The notes under the pieces: generated by a model
Told to the model about the DNA's origin: nothing
The model's input: the letters and a program-made list of their open reading frames with translations, nothing else
The model's database searches: none
In this document: positions 15,470 to 25,271 of the stretch, piece by piece
Layout of the letters: each line of letters starts with the position of its first letter
Position numbering within the stretch: the stretch's first letter is position 1
Program-made: the position numbers and the translations under genes
Assembly (NCBI GenBank): GCA_963695855.1
Contig: CAVOHZ010000008.1
Location: forward strand, 416,001-480,000
DNA length: 64,000 nt
Origin: an uncultured Nitrososphaerales archaeon
GTDB taxonomy: Archaea > Thermoproteota > Nitrososphaeria > Nitrososphaerales > Nitrososphaeraceae
Direction of reading: 5' to 3'

Positions 15470-15965
15470 AAAGAAAAGTAACATGTCTGTTTGCAATTGA
15501 ATACAAACGTTGAGTCCTATTTCATCTATAAAAGAAAGAAAAATAGTAACAGCCTTTAATTAAAGACGAAACTGTTATTCAAATTGGCGGTCAACGATTT
15601 TGGCTATGGTTTTGTATAGAACCAGTTGAAAAGTCTGCACTTGAAATTAACATTTTAGAAGAGGAACATGTTTGTTGCTGAAAAAAATCATTAGATCTTT
15701 GGTACAAAGAGAAGCAAAACATTTGGTATATACAGATGCTGGTATATGGTATGATGAAGCATAAAACATAATTGGACTGAAACACCATTTGCATTGTGCT
15801 TGAGAAAAAACTAATGGCAAGTATCGATCGGTATTTCTTGGATGGAATGGAGAGTTTGATCACTATTATGCATGTGTGAAAAGGAGAAAGACAGGAGAAC
15901 CTTTAAATTTATTCATTTACGTAGCTGGATACAATTCGTTATTTCAGGGTATAATTACACAATGA
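15470..15965 (+). mobile_element. Degraded IS6-family-like DDE transposase relic
   Basis: Fragments across frames: DETVIQIGGQRFWLWFCIEP (from 15565), NMFVAEK, IRSLV, VYTDAGIWYDEA*, IIGLKHHLH, RYFLDGMES, HYYAC, HLRSWIQF. Several stops and frameshifts. Boundaries approximate; no convincing terminal inverted repeats. Confidence 0.8.
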
Positions 15966-16035
15966 GAAATAATAATAATTTCGACTAAGGAGCTGAATAC
16001 TATCTTAAATTAAGAGTAAGAGCATTTTAGGCGAA

Positions 16036-16527
16036 TTACTTCGTTTCTTGTTCTTGATCCTCAATTTTTTTGAGTTCTGTTTTGAGAAATTCCTTATATT
16101 TTTCTCGTTCTTGTTCTGTCATCTTGTCAAGATTTGCACTTAAAGTTGATCCTACAGACGATACTCTATCTATCAAATCCATAGCCACAAACTTACCAAT
16201 ATTTCCTAATCTAAACATTACATCCAATTGTTTTTGTAGAGTTTTTTGAACCGATTGAATATCATCTGCAATACCCAGGCCTTTATGGGTTATTTTATAT
16301 TTTCCATTTTCTATCTCAGTAATTAAACCTTCTTCTAGCAATCTACCTAGCATGGGATAAATTAAACCAGGAGAAGGTTTCCATTTGCCTTCACTTTGAT
16401 ATATTGCATAATCAATGATTTCTTTCCCAGTCATTGGTTTTTCCTTTAATAAGTTTAAAATGTAGTGCCTTGAAAATCCTCTAGGAATCACACTATTTAC
16501 TCTAGAAAACCAATGAGATATCATCAA
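16036..16527 (-). CDS. PadR-family transcriptional regulator
   Basis: ILNLLKEKPMTGKEII...WKPSPGLIYPMLGRLLEEGLI...YKITHKG. Confidence 0.92.
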   Translation of the reverse strand: MMISHWFSRVNSVIPRGFSRHYILNLLKEKPMTGKEIIDYAIYQSEGKWKPSPGLIYPMLGRLLEEGLITEIENGKYKITHKGLGIADDIQSVQKTLQKQLDVMFRLGNIGKFVAMDLIDRVSSVGSTLSANLDKMTEQEREKYKEFLKTELKKIEDQEQETK

Positions 16528-16671
16528 ACTTGGTATATCGCTAGCGATTTATTAAGATTTCTTTGTTACTAAAAACACTATAATTTTTTTAATTGACATG
16601 CAAATTATCATGATTTGAATTCTTTTCTTTAAAAACATATATCTAGTTTTTATTCTAAATGTTTAATGACA

Positions 16672-16827
16672 ATGAAATGTCCTATCTGTGGGTCGCTTAT
16701 GATTTGGTTAAATGGATCTATCAGTCATGATCCTCCAATAAAGTATTATACATGTAGAGGTTGTAAAATTGGAGTTTCAAGATATTCGGAAACTAGCTAC
16801 GATGTGTACGAAACAGAAAAAAATTGA
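16672..16827 (+). CDS. CPxCG zinc-ribbon microprotein (51 aa)
   Basis: Manual translation: MKCPICGSLMIWLNGSISHDPPIKYYTCRGCKIGVSRYSETSYDVYETEKN*. Two CxxC pairs; AAAAACATATAT upstream. Alternative ATG at 16666. Confidence 0.8.
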   Translation: MKCPICGSLMIWLNGSISHDPPIKYYTCRGCKIGVSRYSETSYDVYETEKN

Positions 16828-16923
16828 TTACCTTAAACTAAATATCTAAATTAAATCCAAATTTTTTCGATTTTTATAATAAATAATCTAAAATTAATAA
16901 GCTTGTTTAATCAGTAAAATTCT

Positions 16924-17793
16924 ATGAAAAAATTCGAAGTAATTTCTCTAAAAGAACGCCTTGAAAAAAAAGATGAAATCATTGTTCTTCCAGGAGTCTA
17001 TGATGCATTAAGTGCAAGGATAGCTCAAAATGTGGGATTTAATGCTGCTTTTCAAACCGGTTATGGTACATCAGCAACACTACTCGGGATGCCAGATTTT
17101 GGGTTTCTGAATGCAGGAGAAACAGTAGATAATGCTAGAAGGATTATTAATTCTGTAGATATTCCAATTCTGGTTGACATAGATACCGGATACGGGAATC
17201 CTCTAAATGTATGGAGAACGGTAACCGACATTGAGAAATTGGGTGCAGGTGGTATTTTTCTTGAAGATCAAGTTTGGCCTAAAAGATGTGGTCATATGAA
17301 GGGTAAATCAGTTATATCAAAGGAGGATTACGTTCAAAAGTTGAAAGCAGCAATAGATGCAAGGAAAAGCAAAGATTTCATCATTGTTGCAAGAACGGAT
17401 TCTTTGGCTCAATACGGCATAGATGAAGCCATAGAAAGAGGAAAGGAATTTCAAAAAATAGGCGCAGATGTTATATTTATTGAAGCTCCAAAAACTCTAG
17501 AAGAAATGAAAAAAATTACTGCTGAAATTGATGCACCTCTTTTAGCCAATATGATTGAAGAAGGTGTAACACCGAATCTTCCTGCAAAGGATTTGGAAAA
17601 ACTTGGCTTCAGTATGGTAGTTTTTCCACTATCTGGATTATATTCGTCTACATATGCAATTAAGAATGTCTTTCTTTCTCTCCACAAGACAGGGATGACA
17701 AAAAACTTAAAAAAGAAAATGATTACCTTTAAAGAATTTAATGATTTTGTAAATCTTCCTAAATATAATCAGTTAGAAAAAAAATATTCGTAA
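16924..17793 (+). CDS. prpB: Isocitrate lyase/PEP mutase family enzyme (methylisocitrate lyase-like)
   Basis: PGVYDALSA, DIDTGYG, EDQVWPKRCGH, ARTD. The substrate is not established. Confidence 0.8.
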   Translation: MKKFEVISLKERLEKKDEIIVLPGVYDALSARIAQNVGFNAAFQTGYGTSATLLGMPDFGFLNAGETVDNARRIINSVDIPILVDIDTGYGNPLNVWRTVTDIEKLGAGGIFLEDQVWPKRCGHMKGKSVISKEDYVQKLKAAIDARKSKDFIIVARTDSLAQYGIDEAIERGKEFQKIGADVIFIEAPKTLEEMKKITAEIDAPLLANMIEEGVTPNLPAKDLEKLGFSMVVFPLSGLYSSTYAIKNVFLSLHKTGMTKNLKKKMITFKEFNDFVNLPKYNQLEKKYS

Positions 17794-17879
17794 TAATTTT
17801 TCATTTTTATAATTCTATTTCAAAGTTATATGAATTAATAATTATATAATACCTAATATTGTTACCAATGTAGTATAGT

Positions 17880-19307
17880 TTGAATATAATTAAAACAAAT
17901 CTTATTGAATCTATATCGCTTATTAAGAAGAATGAATCAGTTATAGATCAAAAAACAAATCTTTATTCTAACAGTCTATATACAAGAAAATTTATTTGCA
18001 ACAATCAGATCGCACACGGCAATTCAAAAAATATATGGATTCAGGCTTATGGATGTTCTGCAAATTTTGCAGATTCTGAAATAATAAGTGGATTGTTACA
18101 AAAACATGGATATAAAATTGTAAGTGAAGAATGTAAATCCGATCTTAATATTATAGTAACTTGCTCAGTTAAAGATTCTACTGAACACAAAATTCTTCAT
18201 CAGATAGGCAATTTGACAAAGTCAAAGAAACCATTATTGGTAGCAGGATGTCTTCCAAAAACTGAAAGAAAAAAAATAGAAGAAATTAACCCTAACGCTA
18301 GTCTACTAGGCCCAAATTCATTAGATAAAACCCTGGAATTAGTCGAATTAACAAAATATAATAAAAAGGGTGTATTTCTTGCTGATTCTGATATCGAAAA
18401 GATCAATTTACCGAGAATTAGAATAAATAAAGCTATTAGCATGGTACAAATAGCTACTGGCTGTTTGAGTCAATGTTCTTTTTGTCAGACAAAAATTGCG
18501 AAGGGCGGGCTCAAAAGTTATCGTCTCGGATCAATCATTAGGCAGGTACAAAATGATATTTCAGAAGGATATAAGGAAATATGGCTAACCTCTACTGATA
18601 ACGGATGTTATGGAAAAGATATTAATTCAACTCTCGTTGAATTATTGGAATCATGTGCTTCAATTTCTGGAAATTATAAAATAAGAGTAGGGATGATGAA
18701 TCCCATGCATCTGACTGATCTACTAGATGGGTTAATAAGAATTTATAAAGAGTCTGACAAAATTTTCAAATTTATACATATCCCTGTTCAAAGTGGAAGT
18801 CAAAGAATTTTAAAGAAAATGTTTCGCAGTGATGATATTAATTCCTTCAAAAACATTATATCTAAATTTAGGAAAGAAATTCCAGAGGTAACAATTGCTA
18901 CTGATATTATAGTAGGGTTTCCTGGAGAATCGGATGCTGATTTCAATTCAACAAAAGATTTGATTCGCGAGACAAAACCAGATATTGTAAATATCTCAAA
19001 ATACAGTTCCAGATATGGTACGCAATCTTCAAAATTAAAAAAAATAAGGTCAGACATTGTTAAAAATCGCACCACTGTCTTGCATACACTCTGTCGTTCT
19101 ATATCTAAAGAAAGAAATTCTCTGTGGAAAAATTGGCAAGGTGACATTTTTCTTGATGAAATAAATAATAATATTATTCAAGGCAGAAATTATGCATACA
19201 AATCTGTAATCATACAAGGCGATAGATTGAAGTTAGCTATTGGAGACACAGTCACAGTAAAAATCTCGAACTATTCTACTTATTCTCTATTCTGCAAATT
19301 GATATGA
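17880..19307 (+). CDS. tRNA t6A37 methylthiotransferase (archaeal MiaB-like/e-MtaB), radical SAM
   Basis: UPF0004 cysteines (YGCSAN, TCSV, AGCL), CxxxCxxC (CLSQCSFC), HIPVQSGS, TDIIVGFPGE, C-terminal TRAM domain. Start uncertain. Confidence 0.9.
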   Translation: MNIIKTNLIESISLIKKNESVIDQKTNLYSNSLYTRKFICNNQIAHGNSKNIWIQAYGCSANFADSEIISGLLQKHGYKIVSEECKSDLNIIVTCSVKDSTEHKILHQIGNLTKSKKPLLVAGCLPKTERKKIEEINPNASLLGPNSLDKTLELVELTKYNKKGVFLADSDIEKINLPRIRINKAISMVQIATGCLSQCSFCQTKIAKGGLKSYRLGSIIRQVQNDISEGYKEIWLTSTDNGCYGKDINSTLVELLESCASISGNYKIRVGMMNPMHLTDLLDGLIRIYKESDKIFKFIHIPVQSGSQRILKKMFRSDDINSFKNIISKFRKEIPEVTIATDIIVGFPGESDADFNSTKDLIRETKPDIVNISKYSSRYGTQSSKLKKIRSDIVKNRTTVLHTLCRSISKERNSLWKNWQGDIFLDEINNNIIQGRNYAYKSVIIQGDRLKLAIGDTVTVKISNYSTYSLFCKLI

Positions 19308-19427
19308 ATTTACAAATTCAGTTTTTTTATTCTAAGACTACTTCCTCTCCTTGGCAACATTGGATAACACAATAAATTTAAAGTCATTGTTGAGCCTTAT
19401 AATATTCAAAAATATGAAAGTTACAAA

Positions 19428-19757
19428 TTAGTTTTCTTTGGTTATTTCTTCATCTGATACTTTTTTTTCTGTTTTAGAATCTTTTAAGATATCCTGATAT
19501 GACGATACTAATATGGAATTATCTTCTGTTGTCATTTTTACACGAATCTTTCTCGGTGGATTCGTTTTTCCTCGTCTCCATATTTCTTCGTTCAATTCCT
19601 GATCTATTTTTACATTCTCATTTTTCATATGTCGTTTAGTAAATTCTTTTATCATGTTAATTACTCTATCAGTTCTTCTATATCGTGGGGTTAACCATGC
19701 CTTGCTAAGATTTATAGTATAAACATGAGTTGCACCTTCATCAGATTTTGACATCAC
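19428..19757 (-). CDS. rpl31e: 50S ribosomal protein eL31
   Basis: YTINL..., LNEEIWRRGKTNPPRKIRVK. Confidence 0.96.
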   Translation of the reverse strand: MMSKSDEGATHVYTINLSKAWLTPRYRRTDRVINMIKEFTKRHMKNENVKIDQELNEEIWRRGKTNPPRKIRVKMTTEDNSILVSSYQDILKDSKTEKKVSDEEITKEN

Positions 19758-19772
19758 TCATACCTCGCATTT

Positions 19773-19931
19773 CTATCCTATATTTACATCAGATCTTCTC
19801 CAAGATCTTCTTTTTGGGTTTGTTCTGACTTGTCTGTGGGTTCTTATAATGACCCAGGCTGGCACCGGCCTATTTTGCCTCATTTTTTTGATTAATCTTT
19901 TTTTTCTGGATGTATTTTTTCGGGCAGCCAT
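19773..19931 (-). CDS. rpl39e: 50S ribosomal protein eL39 (52 aa, below the ORF-track cutoff)
   Basis: Manual translation: [52 protein letters not shown]. Canonical position upstream of rpl31e. Confidence 0.97.
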   Translation of the reverse strand: MAARKNTSRKKRLIKKMRQNRPVPAWVIIRTHRQVRTNPKRRSWRRSDVNIG

Positions 19932-20223
19932 TCTCATAAATAAATATTTTTCCGCCTTTTAAGTGTTGGTGTGTATAAGTCTGAACGAAGACTTTATAAC
20001 AAATTATTCTTTCATAAGACAATAATCAAACTTAATAAAACATTTTAACCTAATAAAATTTTATTAAAATGATTGAGCTCTGTGAAATATGCTATGATTT
20101 TATGAAAACTATTGGAAATAAAGACAAAATCAAAATAACCGTTGTTGAAAAAAAACAGTGTAAGGGAATATATCATAAAAAATTAGTGGATAGTTTCAAA
20201 ACATAATAGATTTGTTTCACTGA

Positions 20224-20400
20224 TTATTTTTTGAAATTACAATGTCTGCATGAATCATAAACATCACCATCAAGGTGGTTAAAATGAGTTCCACAAGTCT
20301 TGCAAGTATGATGAACCTCATCGAATCCATCGTTTGCTATGAATTCAAAATAATTCAAATCTGAACTCTTGCATTTAATACATCTACATCTACAAAACAT
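20224..20400 (-). CDS. Cys/His-rich zinc-binding microprotein (58 aa)
   Basis: Manual translation: MFCRCRCIKCKSSDLNYFEFIANDGFDEVHHTCKTCGTHFNHLDGDVYDSCRHCNFKK*. 8 Cys; GAAAAA-CTATATTATA about 25-35 bp upstream. Confidence 0.8.
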   Translation of the reverse strand: MFCRCRCIKCKSSDLNYFEFIANDGFDEVHHTCKTCGTHFNHLDGDVYDSCRHCNFKK

Positions 20401-20485
20401 TAGTAAATTTACATTTTTTCCAGTATAATATAGTTTTTCTTAACTTTTAAAAAAATTTATTTCACTATGTTCTTGAATTATGTTC

Positions 20486-21532
20486 ATGCCAAAAGCTGTT
20501 CGCTTCCATAAAGTTGATAAACCACTTAAAATAGAAGTAGATTTTCATAAAATAGGTTCCAATGTAGTCCTAAAAATTCAGGCCTCGTCGTTATGCTACA
20601 GTGATGTACACGTTACTACTTGAGTTATTCCTGTGAAAGACCTATTACTCTTGGTCACCAAATATGTGGAGAAATCGAGCAACTTGGAAAATCGAGCAAC
20701 TTGGAGATAATATAATCGATTTTAAAAAAGGCGACAAAACTGTTGTTTACTTTATATCTTCTTGTGGTGAATGTGATCAATGTGTAGTTGGTAATTTGAG
20801 CACTTGTAATCATATTTACGAATCATCAATGTATGGTTTTTCAACAATCGGTGGGTTTGCAGAATACATGAAAGTCAATGCAAAAAATCTCGTTAAGGTT
20901 ACTGGTAACATTCCTCCAGAATTTCTTGCAAATTTAGGCTGTGCTGGAATAACTGCTCTTCATGCAGTAAATTTTCTTAGTCAGGTAAATTTGGGTGACA
21001 CAATTGCTGTCTATGGAACAGGGGCAGTTGGAATGTATGTTTTACAACTAGCGAAGTTATCTGGAGCAAAAAACTGCAATAGCTATTGGAAGATCGGAAA
21101 AAAAATTACAGCTTGCTAGAAGATGCTCTTTTGCAGATGAAACAGTAAATCTCAATGAAAATCTTTCAGACAGAATCAAAGAAATAACCGATGGTTTGGG
21201 TGTCGAATACGTGTTCGATATCGTTGTATCTGGTGAGTTTAAACAAATCTTCTAAAATTATCTCTAATAATGGCAAGACAATCTTGGTTGGAATAGGCAG
21301 TGAACCAATTTCAGTCAATCCCAAAAGACTTACCTTTAAGGAAAACTGTATTATAGGTTCTAATGTAGGCACTAAGAGTGAATTGAAGCTTCTTATAGGC
21401 CTTGCCTAGAAAAATATTCTAAAATCTGCTTCAAATACCAAGTATAGATTGGATGAAGCAAACCATGTCTTTAATTTATTTAGGGATGGAAAAATTAGAG
21501 GTAGAGCATTCTTTGATCCCACATCACGATAA
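20486..21532 (+). pseudogene. Zinc-dependent (MDR) alcohol dehydrogenase pseudogene
   Basis: MPKAVRFH...LCYSDVH, LGHQICGEI, CGECDQC...C, GGFAEY, GTGAVG, ending GRAFFDPTSR*. In-frame TGA at 20631, TAG at 21407, several frameshifts. Confidence 0.9.
20672..20705. repeat. Perfect 17-bp tandem duplication inside the adh pseudogene
   Basis: AAATCGAGCAACTTGGA twice (20672-20688 and 20689-20705), shifting the frame. Confidence 0.95.
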
Positions 21533-21604
21533 TGACATTTCAATCGAAATAATTAACATTGAAGAAAATTGAAAAATTATTTATTTGTTAATGATTCACT
21601 CTCA

Positions 21605-21913
21605 TCATTGAGGACTTTCTCTAAAAGCCTGTGATTGATCATTCTCTTCTGGCTCAATCCTATATTTTCTTACCATCAAAAGTAAAATCAAACTAAATAA
21701 GGCCAATGCTATTGCAAGACCCTGGGCACCGCCATTTGGAATATAAAAATAGTATATGATTGCAAACACAATACATGTTATGGCCTGTGTTAGATATTGC
21801 AAAGATTTTTTAATACATTTTTTCTTCGAAATAAATGCGGTTCCAAATATTGCGATAGCTGGATATATCGTTAACAAAATAAATTGATCAATTTCTATAC
21901 CGTTATGTGTCAA
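21605..21913 (-). CDS. Small three-TM membrane protein
   Basis: 102 aa, three hydrophobic helices, TTG start. Confidence 0.7.
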   Translation of the reverse strand: MTHNGIEIDQFILLTIYPAIAIFGTAFISKKKCIKKSLQYLTQAITCIVFAIIYYFYIPNGGAQGLAIALALFSLILLLMVRKYRIEPEENDQSQAFRESPQ

Positions 21914-21984
21914 CTTTTAATCTAATATCTTTTCATAATATCTTTCTTTCTTCATTCATTTTTATGTCACTATGTATTGTTATT

Positions 21985-22569
21985 TTAATCAAAACTGGCA
22001 AAAATCTCAGTAGCTATTTTATTGTTTATTAAGGAAATTGCATTTTCGAGAGGTAAATTCGCAACGTCCTCGCAATTAAAAGGTCCATATTTTGCCATGT
22101 CAACACCAACAAATTGTTCCATAGGTTTCATAAATCTAATGAGTACTTTTTTCCTTTTAATTCTTTCACAAATCTTTTCCAAAACCTTCGGCTGTCCATT
22201 ATTTATTAAAGAAAATATCTCATCCAATCTCTTTCTTGATTGATGTTCTCCATCTAGAATGTATTTTTCTTCATCGGATATTTTAGAGTAATCTATCTCA
22301 AAAACTTTTTGAGTCTTCTCCAACTCATGAATTTTTTCCAATCTTATTTGTAAAAGAAGACTAGAAATATCTGAAAACATTTCACTCATCTTTATTACTA
22401 TTATTTTTTCTTGTGTTTCATATTCATTTATTTTTAGGTTGTTTATACTTCCTGCTATTTTTTGATAAATGTCATAAGGAATTTCCTGCAAAGTAGCATT
22501 TTGAAACTCTTTTAATAGGATATTGTAAGCTATTTCTAGACTTAAATTATCTGTAGTATTATTGGACAT
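21985..22569 (-). CDS. DNA replication GINS complex subunit (Gins51/AB-type)
   Basis: Helical A domain (LQEIPYDIY, RLEKI) then B domain FVGVDMAKYGPF..EDVANLPLENA..LI. Confidence 0.85.
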   Translation of the reverse strand: MSNNTTDNLSLEIAYNILLKEFQNATLQEIPYDIYQKIAGSINNLKINEYETQEKIIVIKMSEMFSDISSLLLQIRLEKIHELEKTQKVFEIDYSKISDEEKYILDGEHQSRKRLDEIFSLINNGQPKVLEKICERIKRKKVLIRFMKPMEQFVGVDMAKYGPFNCEDVANLPLENAISLINNKIATEIFASFD

Positions 22570-22679
22570 TAAATTATCATATTCAGGTAATTATGATAAT
22601 TTATAAATAATTCTTTTTTTCTTTAATACTCGTTTTTCTAAAAGCTTTATTATTAGATCTTCACCAATATTGAACTAAA

Positions 22680-23460
22680 TTGCCGTATAAGATTTTTGAG
22701 GGTAATATAGAACCCCTAACTTTTACGACCGAAGATGTAATGGACAAGATAAGAAATGATAATATAAAGTTCATTGGTTTGCAATTTACTAGTCTCTTTG
22801 GAAGGTTTCATCACATTACAATCCCTTCTAATATGTTCAAGAAAGGAGATTTTGAAAGCGGGTTGCCAAAGATTGATGGATCTTCTATTCATGGATTTAC
22901 AGAAATACATGAATCTGATCTAATCGTTCGTCCTGATCCTTCTACATATGCTACGATCCCTTGGATTTCAGAATATCCTACTGCCAGATTAATTTGTGAT
23001 ATATTAAGTGGTGGTTCAAAACGAAACCAATTTCCAAGAGATCCACGAGGTATCGCAAAGAAAGCCGAACAGCAGGTACATGATAACGGATACGAGTTAT
23101 CGTACTGGGGCCCAGAAATTGAATTTTTTGTATTTGATAAACTAATGGTAGATACATTAACACCATATCGTAGCCAAAGCTACGAAATAATTTCTAGGGA
23201 AGCACCATGGTCGTCAGATGGATCCGATTAATGAGGATATTTTCAAGATGAGTTCTAAAAGAAGAACGGAATTAAAGATTAAGCAATTGCCATCCAGTTT
23301 GCTTGAGGCTGCAGAGGCTCTTGAAAGTGATCGAGAATTTTTGAAGCCAATTTTCGATGATGAAATTATATATAAAATAATTGAACATGGTTTAAAAGAA
23401 TACTGAGAAGTTACTCTGAGACCGCATCTACATGAATTTTCACTTTATGCTGATGTATAA
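22680..23460 (+). pseudogene. glnA: Type I glutamine synthetase pseudogene with a large internal deletion
   Basis: N-terminal part (LQFT, DGSSIHGF, ESDL...PDPST, RDPR, GPEIEFF) joins out of frame at about 23218-23225 to the extreme C-terminus (DPINEDIF...LPSSLLEAAEALESD..FL...KEY*EVTLRPHLHEFSLYADV*). Central catalytic motifs are absent. Extra TGA at 23404. Confidence 0.92.
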
Positions 23461-23501
23461 TTTTTACAATAAGTATATCATCAAATGAGTTTGAACAATT
23501 C

Positions 23502-23789
23502 TCATCTTAATTTGTCGATAATTTCAGCCAACTTGAAATCCTGATCACTAATTCCATTGATGTCATGTGTAAAAAGCAATATTCTCACTTTGTTATAGAC
23601 ATTATATAATTCTGGATGGTGGTTTATTTTTTCTGCTTCGATTGCTATCTTTGATATAAATCCAAAAGCCTGAGTAAAATTCTGAAATTCAAACATTTTG
23701 TTTAGTTTGCCGTCTTTTATACTCCAACCATCCATCTCGTCTAACCTATGGTTTATCTCCTCTGTGGAAAGTATTGGATGTTTATTCAA
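23502..23789 (-). CDS. Pterin-4-alpha-carbinolamine dehydratase
   Basis: AEKINHHPE, YNKV, THD..GIS..DFKLA. Confidence 0.93.
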   Translation of the reverse strand: MNKHPILSTEEINHRLDEMDGWSIKDGKLNKMFEFQNFTQAFGFISKIAIEAEKINHHPELYNVYNKVRILLFTHDINGISDQDFKLAEIIDKLR

Positions 23790-23950
23790 TTATTAATAAT
23801 TTTTGTTCTTCCCATATATTGTTATATCTATTATTTCTAAGCGGAAACTAAATACCTAGAAATTTGTATTAGATTTGTTTTATTAATTTCTCATTATTAT
23901 TCACAAATGATAACGAAATATAAATAAAGCTGATAAATACTCTTCCGTGT

Positions 23951-25258
23951 ATGAGCTCAAGCAAAAAACCACACATGAATCTAGTGGTTACAGGACATGT
24001 AGATAATGGTAAATCTACTATAGTTGGTCATTTAATGGTTGATCTAGGGGTTATTGATCAAAGAACTATAGACCAATTTGCAAAAGAATCAGAAGCTACT
24101 GGTAAAGGGGATACTTTCAAGTATGCCTGGGTTTTAGATAGTATTAAGGATGAACGAGATCGGGGCATTACTATTGATTTAGCATTTCAAAAATTTGAAA
24201 CTCAAAAATTCTTCTTTACTTTGATTGATGCACCCGGACATAGGGATTTTATAAAAAATATGATAACCGGTGCTTCCGAAGCAGATGTAGCCATACTTGT
24301 AGTTTCCACAAAACCAGGAGAGACTGAAGCTGCTACGGAGCCGGGGGGACAGGCTAGAGAACACGCATTTTTATGTAGGACATTAGGTGTAGGACAGGTA
24401 GTTGTGGCATTGAATAAAATGGATGACTCTAAATATTCAGAAGCTCGCTATAATGAAGTTAAAGGGGTAGTAGAAAAAATGTTAAAAATGGTAGGATATA
24501 ATACAGCCAAAGTAAATTTTGTCCCAGTTTCAGGCTGGAAAGGTGATAACTTGGTTAAAAAATCTGATAATATGGCTTGGTACAAAGGGCCATCTCTTCT
24601 TGAAGCTTTAGACTCCTTTGATCCACCAGAAAAACCAATTGGTAAATCATTGAGAATTCCTATACAAGACGTATATACTATAACAGGTGTTGGAACAGTA
24701 CCAGTTGGCAGAGTTGAAACAGGAGTAGTAAGAGCTAATGATAAAGTTATAGTAATGCCAGCAGGAGTTACAGGTGAGGTAAAGTCTATAGAAACCCATC
24801 ACACACAAATGGAATCTGCAGAAGCTGGTGATAATATAGGTTTTAACTTAAGAGGAATTGACAAGAAATCGATTCACCGGGGAGATGTAATAGGAAGCGC
24901 TGATAGTCCTCCAAACGTTGCTAAAGAATTTGAAGCACAAATTATAGTAATTCATCATCCTACAGCTATGGCTCCTGGATATACTCCAGTTTTACATGCC
25001 CATACTGCACAGGTTGCTGCTACTCTTTCCGAGTTTGTTGCAAAAATTGATCCAAAGACAGGTGGCGTATTAGAAGACAAACCTAAATTTTTAAAGACCG
25101 GAGATGCAGCAATTGTCAAAATTAGACCAGTTAGACCTCTCGCAATCGAAACATTTAAGGAATTTCCAGAAATCGGTAGATTTGCACTTAGAGACATGGG
25201 TACTACAATAGCAGCTGGTGTAGTGAAAACTATCACTGAAAAACAAGATAAAAAATAA
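23951..25258 (+). CDS. tuf: Translation elongation factor EF-1alpha
   Basis: GHVDNGKST, ERDRGITID, DAPGHRDF, NKMD, GRFALRDMG. Confidence 0.99.
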   Translation: MSSSKKPHMNLVVTGHVDNGKSTIVGHLMVDLGVIDQRTIDQFAKESEATGKGDTFKYAWVLDSIKDERDRGITIDLAFQKFETQKFFFTLIDAPGHRDFIKNMITGASEADVAILVVSTKPGETEAATEPGGQAREHAFLCRTLGVGQVVVALNKMDDSKYSEARYNEVKGVVEKMLKMVGYNTAKVNFVPVSGWKGDNLVKKSDNMAWYKGPSLLEALDSFDPPEKPIGKSLRIPIQDVYTITGVGTVPVGRVETGVVRANDKVIVMPAGVTGEVKSIETHHTQMESAEAGDNIGFNLRGIDKKSIHRGDVIGSADSPPNVAKEFEAQIIVIHHPTAMAPGYTPVLHAHTAQVAATLSEFVAKIDPKTGGVLEDKPKFLKTGDAAIVKIRPVRPLAIETFKEFPEIGRFALRDMGTTIAAGVVKTITEKQDKK

Positions 25259-25271
25259 GTGAAACTATGCA

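Noticed and set aside
15591-15863. 90-aa minus-strand ORF
   Set aside because: Antisense shadow of the transposase relic
20672-20705. 17-bp repeat as a CRISPR or mini-array
   Set aside because: Only two abutting copies with no spacer, inside a coding relic. No repeat-spacer array or cas gene is present in the window.
23404-23406. In-frame TGA/TAG codons in glnA and adh as selenocysteine, pyrrolysine or recoding
   Set aside because: They occur only in genes with other lesions, and TGA and TAG end intact genes normally throughout the window
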